From contig CAYYQK010000003.1 in assembly GCA_964473815.1 (NCBI GenBank), positions 23,115-87,114 of the forward strand: a stretch of DNA of 64,000 nucleotides, written 5' to 3'. Shown here piece by piece: positions 56,276 to 64,000 of the stretch. The DNA is from an uncultured Candidatus Saccharibacteria bacterium (GTDB lineage: Bacteria > Patescibacteriota > Doudnabacteria > UBA920). Positions within the stretch are counted from its first letter, which is position 1, and each line of letters opens with the position of its first letter. A program made the position numbers and the translations under genes. The notes beneath the pieces were generated by a model. That model was not told the origin of the DNA, ran no database searches, and worked only from the letters and a program-made list of their open reading frames with translations.

Positions 56276-56689
56276 TTATGATGGTTCTACTAAATCAATT
56301 TTCTTGCTGGTGGGAGTAAGTGTAACAATTGCTTTTTTGAAGCTCTGAGTTACGCCGTAATTGCGACCAAAGCGACGAGTCTTGCCAGCCATAACAATCA
56401 TGTTAACGCGGGCAATTTTTACACCATAGATCTTTTCAATTAGTTTGCGAACTTCAACTTTGTTAGACTTGCCCCAAACAGTAAATACGTACTTGTTTAA
56501 TTTATCCATTTTGCCAGCTTTTTCAGACAAACGAGGCACGACTAAAGACCGGCTGCTTTTAGCATCCAGTTGGATTTGAACAGGAGTAGATTCTGTTACA
56601 ACATCATCAGTCGCAGGAGTCTGCGTTGTTTCGGTTGCAGTTGTTTCTACAGCGTCGTCGTTATTTTCTTTGTTAGAAAAAATGGCCAT
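56276..56689 (-). CDS. rplW: 50S ribosomal protein L23 with about 45-aa N-terminal extension
   Basis: Core KYVFTVWGKSNKVEVRKLIEKIYGVKI. Confidence 0.85.
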   Translation of the reverse strand: MAIFSNKENNDDAVETTATETTQTPATDDVVTESTPVQIQLDAKSSRSLVVPRLSEKAGKMDKLNKYVFTVWGKSNKVEVRKLIEKIYGVKIARVNMIVMAGKTRRFGRNYGVTQSFKKAIVTLTPTSKKIDLVEPS

Positions 56690-56704
56690 GGATAATTAAT
56701 AAGA

Positions 56705-57358
56705 TTATTTCTTGTCAGACTTTAAATAAGTTTTTTCAATCACTGGTAATGCGTCTTTCATCAATACCAAGGTGTCAGCTTTCAATACATCAGTAACATT
56801 CAAGCTGGTTGCATTTGCAGACTTTAAGTTTGGAATATTGCGTGATGCGCGATCCAAATTTTCATCTTTCTTAGGAACCACAAACAATTGATTCTTGCCC
56901 AAACCATTTAGCTTCGCTTCAAACGATGCCATAATTTGTACAAATTCTTTTGTCTTTGGAGCTTCTAGCTTTAGTCCTTCAATAATGATCAACTTGCCAT
57001 CAGTAACTTTATCAGACAAAGACATAAACAATGCTTTAGTCTTAGCTTTCTTGTTGATTTTCAAAGACCAGTTTCGATCAGAAGTAGGACCAAAAGTAAT
57101 TCCACCGTGACGCCAGATTGGAGAACGAGTTGAACCTACGCGAGCGCGGCCAGTTCCCTTTTGACGCCAAGGCTTTTTACCACCACCACTTACTTCACCG
57201 CGAGTCTTAGTGTTAGCCAAACCTTTGCGAGCATTGCTTGCTTGGATGCGAACTGCTTCGGCAAGTAAGTGCAAAGTTGGTTTAACGCCAAAAATCTTAT
57301 CGTTCAAATCGATTTCACCAGTTTGTTCAGCGCTTTGGTTGTATACAGCAATTTTCAT
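56705..57358 (-). CDS. rplD: 50S ribosomal protein L4
   Basis: 217 aa, L4 fold. Confidence 0.9.
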   Translation of the reverse strand: MKIAVYNQSAEQTGEIDLNDKIFGVKPTLHLLAEAVRIQASNARKGLANTKTRGEVSGGGKKPWRQKGTGRARVGSTRSPIWRHGGITFGPTSDRNWSLKINKKAKTKALFMSLSDKVTDGKLIIIEGLKLEAPKTKEFVQIMASFEAKLNGLGKNQLFVVPKKDENLDRASRNIPNLKSANATSLNVTDVLKADTLVLMKDALPVIEKTYLKSDKK

Positions 57359-57376
57359 AATCGTATATTGGTTCTA

Positions 57377-58057
57377 CTATTTCTTCTTCTTATCTACTTC
57401 TGGAGCGGCAACGAATAAAGGTTTAACTGTGCCAGTAGAAGTAATTTTGATCATTCCGCCATTAGCGCCAGGAATAGCACCGCTAATCATTAAAAGGTTT
57501 TGTTCCATATCAACATCAACAACTTGTAAATTCTTTACAGTTACATTCTGAGTTCCCATGTGGCCTGCCATGCGGTGACCTTTGTTAACGTGTTGTGGAT
57601 AACGTTGACCAATAGAACCAACGCTACGAGGTTTGTCGTGACCGTGAGATGCAGGAAAACCAGCAAAACCATGGCGCTTCATACCACCAGCAAAACCGCG
57701 ACCCTTCATTGTGCCGATTACGTTTACTACTTCACCAATTTCAAATGTTGAGGCATCGATCTTTTTGCCAACTTCGTAATCTTCTGTGTTGTCTACACGA
57801 AATTCTACGAACTTACCAAAAGTTAAATCTTCTCCAGCCTTCTTGGAATGGCCTGCCTTAGCCTTATTTGCATTCTTGCTACCAGCAACTTTTGTAGAAA
57901 TACCAAATTGAACCGCAGAATATTTATCCTTGCCGTCAGTAGCTTTAACTTGAGTAACAATCATTTCGGGTACGCTAACCACGGTAACCGGGATGACTTC
58001 CCCATTTTCTGCAAAGAACTGAGTCATATTTAGTTTTTTACCAACGATTAGGTTCAT
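57377..58057 (-). CDS. rplC: 50S ribosomal protein L3
   Basis: LIVGKKLNMTQFF... Confidence 0.9.
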   Translation of the reverse strand: MNLIVGKKLNMTQFFAENGEVIPVTVVSVPEMIVTQVKATDGKDKYSAVQFGISTKVAGSKNANKAKAGHSKKAGEDLTFGKFVEFRVDNTEDYEVGKKIDASTFEIGEVVNVIGTMKGRGFAGGMKRHGFAGFPASHGHDKPRSVGSIGQRYPQHVNKGHRMAGHMGTQNVTVKNLQVVDVDMEQNLLMISGAIPGANGGMIKITSTGTVKPLFVAAPEVDKKKK

Positions 58058-58215
58058 TATTTGCGGTTTTGAAAATAAAAATACTGGGAACTATGTACCC
58101 AGCACACAAAAATACCTAAATCGGTTTTGTATTAAAGGGTAAATAGTTTTCTGATCCGGACAGCTTATTGGGCTGATAACGTTCAGAACTTTTTTACGTG
58201 AATATTAAATGTAAG

Positions 58216-58539
58216 TTAACTCATCTTGATCTCAACATCAACACCTGCAGGCAGGTTGAGGTTGGTCAAAGAATCAATGGTTTTTGGAGTTGGTTCGAGA
58301 ATGTCGATCATGCGCTTATGAACGCGCATTTCGAACTGTTCGCGACTATCCTTGTGAACGAATGTTGAACGAAGTACAGTGTACTTCTTCTTTTCCGTAG
58401 GAAGTGGGACAGGTCCAGAAATAGAAGCTCCGGTGCGTTTTGCAGTTTCTACGATTTGCTTGCTGCTCTGATCGATCAGCTTATGGTCGTAGGCACGGAT
58501 CTTGATTCGGATTTTCGGCTTGTGAGCTGCTTTTTCCAT
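58216..58539 (-). CDS. rpsJ: 30S ribosomal protein S10
   Basis: [16 protein letters not shown]... Confidence 0.9.
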   Translation of the reverse strand: MEKAAHKPKIRIKIRAYDHKLIDQSSKQIVETAKRTGASISGPVPLPTEKKKYTVLRSTFVHKDSREQFEMRVHKRMIDILEPTPKTIDSLTNLNLPAGVDVEIKMS

Positions 58540-58801
58540 TAATTCTTAAAGAGTCTTGTTAAAGATTTTGGCTTATTTGAGCCATAAAATAACTAGCTAA
58601 ACTGTTATTTAGCTATTCTTGAATATTTTATATGGTTTTTCCATTTATGTCAAATATTTATGAGGAAAACCTCAGCTTTTTCATCATATTTGCGATTTTC
58701 ATTGGAACTAAGAGGGATAAAATAAAATTTGTGTTACTTTGGGGGAAAATAAGCGTTATAACAGTACCAAATCTCTAAAATATTCCAAGGAGGCACAAAT
58801 C

Positions 58802-58996
58802 ATGAAATTCGGAGTTATTTTCGTTTTATTTCTGGTCATCGGTTGTTTATACTTTTTTGCTGCCTCAGCGGTAGTGCAGAGTAACAACAATCAGAATAAT
58901 ACTGTAAAGGAAATTCAAAACCAGATCAGAAACCGCAGTGTGGCAAAAACCACCCCTGAAAATCGGCAAAGCAAGCCAAAGAATGGCAAGCAATAA
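58802..58996 (+). CDS. Small membrane protein (64 aa from MKFGVIF)
   Basis: AAGGAGG SD before the ATG at 58802. One TM. N/Q-rich tail. Terminator downstream. Confidence 0.45.
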   Translation: MKFGVIFVLFLVIGCLYFFAASAVVQSNNNQNNTVKEIQNQIRNRSVAKTTPENRQSKPKNGKQ

Positions 58997-59020
58997 CACT
59001 TTCCCCTATTTCCAACCAAA

Positions 59021-59047
59021 GAAGGCCTTCGTTTCGAAGGCTTTTTG
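59021..59047 (+). terminator. Rho-independent terminator (GGCCTTCG-TTT-CGAAGGC + TTTTT)
   Basis: 7-bp perfect stem, 3-nt loop, T-run. Confidence 0.55.
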
Positions 59048-59128
59048 GTTTTAGGCTTTGACATTCCCCAGTAAAGATGGCAAAATAGTTGATCTTAGAT
59101 CTTAATACTGATAATAGGAGGAACCAAA

Positions 59129-60649
59129 ATGGGTCGAATCACCAGACAAACCCTAAAAAGAGAGCGCTTTCAAAGAGTGCTGGATATTCGCTTCGTTGGT
59201 TCCTACGATTACTGGAACTACGAACATCAGAACAGTATGGACTGGGAATGGCAAGACTGGATGTCTGAAGTCTTTCCCGAAGCATCCAAATTTAATGGCA
59301 TTCTTGCGGAAGCTGGAATGCTATTACTGCACGACAAGTTTGTGAACGCTTACGAACAACACTGCGAAACCCACGACGATGAACCGCAGTGGATTAACAA
59401 ACTTCCCTATCATAATCGTGGCTTGCTGCGCTGGATTTACTTTGCGCAGTCAGATCCCGAAGACGTGTTTGAAAACTTTGCTAATCTGCCGTTCAGCGGA
59501 TTGGGTTATCAAATAATGGAAGGGTCGATTACCGAGCAGCTAATAAGAGGCTTTAAACTGCATCGACTTAGTGGCATTAAACAATTGGGCGGCTTACACT
59601 ACCCAATAATTTTTTCTCACGGTGCAGCGATGTATGTCAGAGAGTTTCCTCACGACCGCTATGCCCATTCAAATGATGTGGGAACCATGGCGATCTTAAT
59701 TCTCTACAACAACAACCGAACCGAACTTGAACTACTGACAGGCAACATGGCCGGACGTCTTCACGATATTCTCACGCCAGCGTACGGCGACAGCACAAAA
59801 CTCATCGACAAAAAAGAGTTCGATGAAGATCGGCACTTCCCCGAAGCCTTAGCAAATTTTGATTGGTCCCAAGTTCCGGCAGCTCCGAAAGGAATTGCAA
59901 AACTTTTGCCGCCAATCATCATGAACAAAGGTTTGATCGGGCAGGTTTTAGACATTGCTGACAAACTCGCGTATGTTGGTCGCGACCTGTACGAGTTCTA
60001 TGTAGCAGGTCCGAAGCTGGAAGGATACGAAGAAATTCGTAAACTCCTCCGTAAGGAACCGCAACCATGTTCTCTATGGGAATGTGCGGAAATTCAGGAT
60101 GATCAATTGTATTTTTCCGACAAGGATCGATTGATCAACTTCCTGATGATCCGGGCTACGTTGTTTTCTAAGCTCTACAACAACGCGGCTAGTCGTTTTT
60201 GGGAAAACTTCCTGATGACTTTTCTGAAGAATCAGTTATATATTCCTGGCCGGATAACTAAAACGGATTTACTTCGTATGGGTGACCGAGACGTCGAAGA
60301 TTTAATAAACCGAGAAATCGGCGAAAACTTTTTCGGCGACTGGATCGGTTCGAAGGAAGAGCGAATGGAAACTTTCGCAACGATTGAGGAAGCGCAGAAA
60401 CGACGCGCCGACTTAATTGCGAAGAACCGGTCCGTGGCGATGATTGAAAAATCTTTCGTTGCTAAGCCGGGCGTGCACTTCCATGTAGAAACCGAACGCG
60501 GCCTTCAGCCGCTTTCACAGGCTGATCCCGACGCTTCGAAACTAATCCGACAGACGATTATTCCGACCCATGAATACGCCCTGTTCTATCTTGATGTGCA
60601 TCGCAATAACTTACCCAAGAAGTTGCGACGTCCTCAAGATTGGATTTAA
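59129..60649 (+). CDS. HD-domain phosphohydrolase-like protein (506 aa; dGTPase/dNTPase-like motifs) with about 120-aa N-terminal extension
   Basis: GGAGG SD. RYAHSNDVGTMA (HS.DV) and GRLHDIL (HD) spaced like HD-superfamily motifs I and II. Confidence 0.5.
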   Translation: MGRITRQTLKRERFQRVLDIRFVGSYDYWNYEHQNSMDWEWQDWMSEVFPEASKFNGILAEAGMLLLHDKFVNAYEQHCETHDDEPQWINKLPYHNRGLLRWIYFAQSDPEDVFENFANLPFSGLGYQIMEGSITEQLIRGFKLHRLSGIKQLGGLHYPIIFSHGAAMYVREFPHDRYAHSNDVGTMAILILYNNNRTELELLTGNMAGRLHDILTPAYGDSTKLIDKKEFDEDRHFPEALANFDWSQVPAAPKGIAKLLPPIIMNKGLIGQVLDIADKLAYVGRDLYEFYVAGPKLEGYEEIRKLLRKEPQPCSLWECAEIQDDQLYFSDKDRLINFLMIRATLFSKLYNNAASRFWENFLMTFLKNQLYIPGRITKTDLLRMGDRDVEDLINREIGENFFGDWIGSKEERMETFATIEEAQKRRADLIAKNRSVAMIEKSFVAKPGVHFHVETERGLQPLSQADPDASKLIRQTIIPTHEYALFYLDVHRNNLPKKLRRPQDWI

Positions 60650-60690
60650 AAAGCTCCCCTGCCTTACGGCCGAGGAGCTTTTCTTTTTAT
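60650..60690. terminator. Hairpin terminator between convergent genes
   Basis: AAAAGCTCCCCTGCCTTACGGCCGAGGAGCTTTTCTTTTT. Confidence 0.4.
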
Positions 60691-60691
60691 A

Positions 60692-60928
60692 TTATGCTTG
60701 TTTTGATTCCAATTTACCCACTCTTTGTTCTAGGTTATCTGTGCGGTGACCCATTACTAAAATTTCCTGCTCATTTTTCATGGTGATTTTCATAAACCCA
60801 TCGATATTATTTTGCATAGTATCAATCTTTTGTTCTATTTCTCGTAAATCTTCTTTTGTTGCAAAAACTTCCTTGAATTCTTCAATCAAGAAATTAGACA
60901 ATTGTTTTAGTTGTTCGATGGTGAACAT
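60692..60928 (-). CDS. Small coiled-coil hypothetical protein (78 aa)
   Basis: Heptad-like sequence. Lies between tuf and the HD-domain gene. Confidence 0.45.
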   Translation of the reverse strand: MFTIEQLKQLSNFLIEEFKEVFATKEDLREIEQKIDTMQNNIDGFMKITMKNEQEILVMGHRTDNLEQRVGKLESKQA

Positions 60929-61143
60929 ATATTCAGCGTAACAAAGATCGACCGAAAGTCAATAGGTTTTTAGATAAAGTTTTCCTGAATTTTTCAAAAC
61001 AGAAACTCCCCTATTTCTAGAGGAGTTTTCTAAATTTTCAACTAATTACTGAAAACTATTTCTTTAACTAAACTATCTGCGCCCAGTTTTTCTGAAAGAA
61101 AAACGTAGCGCATCTAGTTGAGTGGGGAAAAGTTTTCTAGTAA

Positions 61144-62331
61144 TTACTTAATAATTTTAGTAACGGAACCAGCGCCAACGGTGCGGCCACCTTCGCGGAT
61201 AGCGAATTTACCGGTTTCTTCCAAAGCGATAGGAGTAATCAACTTTACGTCGATAGTCACTGTATCACCAGGCATAACCATTTCCTGACCTTCTGGCAAA
61301 ATAACTTCACCAGTCACGTCAGTGGTACGAACGTAGAACTGAGGCTTGTAACCTTTGAAGAATGGAGTGTGACGTCCGCCTTCATCTTTGGTCAAAATGT
61401 AAACTTCAGCAGAGAATTCAGTGTGAGGAGTGATAGATCCTGGCTTAGCCAAAACCTGACCACGTTCAACTTCTTCTTTCTTAATACCGCGAAGTAGCAA
61501 ACCAGCGTTATCACCAGCAGTACCACGGTCAAGTTGCTTCTTAAACATTTCCACACCAGTTACAACAGTCTTAGAAGTTGGGCGAATACCAACGATTTCA
61601 ACTTCTTCGTTGATGTTGATTTCACCACGTTCGATACGACCAGTAACTACAGTACCGCGACCTTCAATAGTGAAGATGTCTTCAATCGGCATTAGGAATG
61701 GTTTATCAGTTTCACGAACTGGATCAGGGATGAAAGTATCCAAAGCATCAACAAGCTTTAAGATAGAAGGTTCACCCATATCAGAAGTGTCGCCTTCCAA
61801 AGCCTTCAACGCACTACCACGAATGATAGGAGTGTCTTTGCCTGGGAAGTCGTACTTGGTCAACAAGTCACGGATTTCTTCTTCAACTAAATCAAGAAGT
61901 TCAGCGTCTTGAACCATGTCACACTTGTTCATGTATACAACAATGCTCTTTACACCTACCTGGTTCGCAAGCAAAATGTGTTCGCGAGTTTGAGGCATTG
62001 GACCATCAGTTGCAGATACAACCAAGATAGCACCGTCCATCTGAGCCGCACCGGTAATCATGTTCTTGATGTAGTCGGCGTGACCAGGACAGTCAACGTG
62101 CGCGTAGTGGCGCTTGTCAGATTCATACTCCGCGTGGGAAGTATTGATAGTGATACCACGAGCTTTTTCTTCCGGCGCATTGTCGATGCTACCGTAGTCG
62201 CGAGCCTTTGCTTTACCAGACTTCGCAAGCACAGTGGTGATAGCCGCAGTCAAAGTAGTCTTACCGTGGTCTACGTGACCAATAGTACCTACGTTAACGT
62301 GGGTCTTGGAACGATCAAATTGTTCAGCCAT
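61144..62331 (-). CDS. tuf: Elongation factor Tu
   Basis: GHVDHGKTT...DCPGHADY...NKCD. Confidence 0.95.
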   Translation of the reverse strand: MAEQFDRSKTHVNVGTIGHVDHGKTTLTAAITTVLAKSGKAKARDYGSIDNAPEEKARGITINTSHAEYESDKRHYAHVDCPGHADYIKNMITGAAQMDGAILVVSATDGPMPQTREHILLANQVGVKSIVVYMNKCDMVQDAELLDLVEEEIRDLLTKYDFPGKDTPIIRGSALKALEGDTSDMGEPSILKLVDALDTFIPDPVRETDKPFLMPIEDIFTIEGRGTVVTGRIERGEININEEVEIVGIRPTSKTVVTGVEMFKKQLDRGTAGDNAGLLLRGIKKEEVERGQVLAKPGSITPHTEFSAEVYILTKDEGGRHTPFFKGYKPQFYVRTTDVTGEVILPEGQEMVMPGDTVTIDVKLITPIALEETGKFAIREGGRTVGAGSVTKIIK

Positions 62332-62584
62332 TTGATTTCCTTTAACTATAAATTTTACATTCAGCGTTCCGAGACGCCCTCGATTCTTTCCCTATCGATG
62401 CGAGAAAGGAGCGAGGGATTCTCTTTTTTTCTTTCGGTTTGCACGATTGGAATCCAGAAACTCTGTTTGTAGTTTTTATAGCACCTTAATGATATAAAAA
62501 CTGGCGCGCTTGTAGGCGCCAATCACAGTTTATTCTATGGACTTTCAGTAAAGATGTCAAGGTTTGTTTGATAAATACTGGCTT

Positions 62585-62613
62585 AAGTTGACAATTTATG
62601 AAAAAAGTTGTAT
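62585..62613 (+). promoter_or_regulatory. Sigma70-like promoter TTGACA-17-TATGGT
   Basis: TTGACA 62585-62590. GAGGTGA SD and ATG at 62642 follow. Confidence 0.4.
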
Positions 62614-62641
62614 GGTATAAAAAACTTTGACGAGGTGACTT

Positions 62642-63070
62642 ATGAACATAACTTCTGTGATTTTAAAAGACGCACTGCTGTTGGTCTTTTGGTTAAATAC
62701 CGCGATCCCAGCTGTTGCAATCTTCGGTTACTTAGCAGTGAAGTCGATTTGTAGTGCTTACGCTTCCATAACCTTCTTGTGGGCTAACACGTTCTGGGCT
62801 GACTGGCCAGTAAGAGAGTTCGCCGAAAGAAGAGTGGAAGAACTCCATCTTTGCGTGGTTAAGGACATGTGTCCCCACAAAGGGAATAAGGTTCACCTGT
62901 TTGTTGACCGGGCTCAATTGAAAACAATTTCGATGTTTGGAAAAAACACGGCTGTGGTTATAGTCAGTGATCTGGTCTTCGTGTGGTTAGAACGCATGTT
63001 TACCACAGGATCAATTCGAGGAGCCTTAGTGGTTCTTTGGGAAGGTTTAATCCCAATTGAGTCATATTGA
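62642..63070 (+). CDS. Hypothetical protein (142 aa) with hydrophobic N-terminus
   Basis: Good SD. No recognisable motif. Confidence 0.5.
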   Translation: MNITSVILKDALLLVFWLNTAIPAVAIFGYLAVKSICSAYASITFLWANTFWADWPVREFAERRVEELHLCVVKDMCPHKGNKVHLFVDRAQLKTISMFGKNTAVVIVSDLVFVWLERMFTTGSIRGALVVLWEGLIPIESY

Positions 63071-63227
63071 AAATTTACTCGATTACTCGACCGTTTGTAT
63101 CGTTATATCGCCATCAAATCTTGGTGGCGATATTTTTATTAAATACCAATCGGGTTGACTAGTTAATTCAGGTTATCTATAATCACTTATCAGCTTTACA
63201 AAAGACATTCAAATACGGAGGAAGACA

Positions 63228-63761
63228 ATGAAAGTAATCAAACCTGTAACAGGGCGGAAGGTTCTGATCGGGGTAGCAATGTTCTTGGGCCTTTGTTTGG
63301 CAATATCTTATTTGGTCTCACGTTATAAAAACAAAGAGATCGACTATAAAGACATGACAGGTCTTTCGTCTGAGTCGACTGAAACTCCGCTTCCCACACC
63401 GACTCCATTGCAAGACTGGCAGGTCGAACAACAGGGAGTGATTGATTTTTTTACCACGGGGACCATTCGTGTTCTTGAAGTCTACAACTGTAATACGGCC
63501 GATAGTAACTCGCCGATTCTGTGCGACGGTTACTTATTTGCCAATAGGTACGGCGCCCGATATCGTTATGAGATCGGGTTTCGTCGAGATTATGAGTACG
63601 ACACCCCGATATCAGTCTTGTACTACAAACTAAGAAACTGGAATCTATCTCAGTGCGATGAAGTTTCTTTTAAATCTTCTACGCCCGTCGAAGAGCGTCA
63701 AGAGGGTAATGCAATGAAATACATTGAATTTGAAAGGTTCTTAGGACGACAGTGTCAATAA
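63228..63761 (+). CDS. Signal-anchored hypothetical protein (177 aa) with TPLPTPTP linker
   Basis: ACGGAGG SD. N-terminal TM. Cys-containing extracytoplasmic domain. Terminator downstream. Confidence 0.5.
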   Translation: MKVIKPVTGRKVLIGVAMFLGLCLAISYLVSRYKNKEIDYKDMTGLSSESTETPLPTPTPLQDWQVEQQGVIDFFTTGTIRVLEVYNCNTADSNSPILCDGYLFANRYGARYRYEIGFRRDYEYDTPISVLYYKLRNWNLSQCDEVSFKSSTPVEERQEGNAMKYIEFERFLGRQCQ

Positions 63762-63788
63762 CTTTTCTGTAGATCTAGACTCAATCTC

Positions 63789-63814
63789 GCCGGCTTAATC
63801 CCCGGCTTTTTTAT
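63789..63814 (+). terminator. Rho-independent terminator (GCCGG-CTTAATCC-CCGGC + TTTTTTATTT)
   Basis: 5-bp GC stem with a T-run. Confidence 0.55.
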
Positions 63815-63859
63815 TTGCTTTTTTAAAGCGTTCGGAGTATAACTGACTTATACATAAGG

Positions 63860-64000
63860 AGGTGCGCCATGGCAATCATTTACCGAATAACCTGGATTAG
63901 GCTCGAAGGGCAAGCACCTGTGGTGGCTGGATATTCTTTTCATTATTCACTCCAAGCCGGCACTCTTTTCCAGCAAATAATTGCTGAGAAAAACAAAACC
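63860..64000 (+). CDS. 5' end of a further hypothetical gene (runs off the window)
   Basis: TAAGGAGGTG SD 6 nt before ATG 63860. Open frame to the window end (MAIIYRITWIRLEGQAPVVAGYSFHYSLQAG...). Confidence 0.35.

Noticed and set aside
1-64000. CRISPR arrays, rRNA genes, transposases/integrases, alternative genetic code (UGA recoding)
   Set aside because: No spaced direct-repeat arrays, no 16S/23S/5S-like conserved stretches and no transposase/integrase-like proteins were seen. Conserved genes terminate normally with TGA/TAA/TAG, consistent with code 11.

Overview
The window is a low-GC, gene-dense bacterial chromosome segment, almost entirely minus-strand coding. It looks like a Candidate Phyla Radiation / Patescibacteria (Saccharibacteria-like) genome: compact genes, no rpmD (L30) between rpsE and rplO, a split transketolase, standard stop codons (code 11). 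Recognisable blocks, left to right: division-cluster head (ftsI N-terminus, ftsL-like, rsmH, mraZ with a MraZ-box array); a two-component system with a SpoU methyltransferase; dinB; an atypical tRNA-like gene; mreB with two small membrane proteins; a glycolysis/pentose-phosphate supercluster (eno, gpmI, pgk, gap, fba, PfkB kinase, tpiA, rpiB, rpe, split tkt, galT) interleaved with recJ, rnhA, a type IV pilin, htrA and dnaX; an ~11 kb accessory/envelope block (GT39-like, PAP2, a membrane protein with a C-terminal LecA/PA-IL-like lectin domain, hypotheticals, and an orphan VirD4/TrwB-like coupling-ATPase operon); the S10-spc ribosomal superoperon (rpsJ to secY) ending at a terminator right after secY; a ~2.6 kb insertion with an HD-domain phosphohydrolase between rpsJ and tuf; tuf without fusA upstream; and plus-strand hypothetical genes at the right end. 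The most novel-looking candidates are the membrane-anchored T4CP-like ATPase operon with acidic and coiled-coil partners, the LecA-like lectin fused to a polytopic membrane domain, and the tRNA-like element with a non-canonical anticodon arm and a long inverted repeat. All calls rest on reading the supplied translations and sequence by eye; no searches were run.
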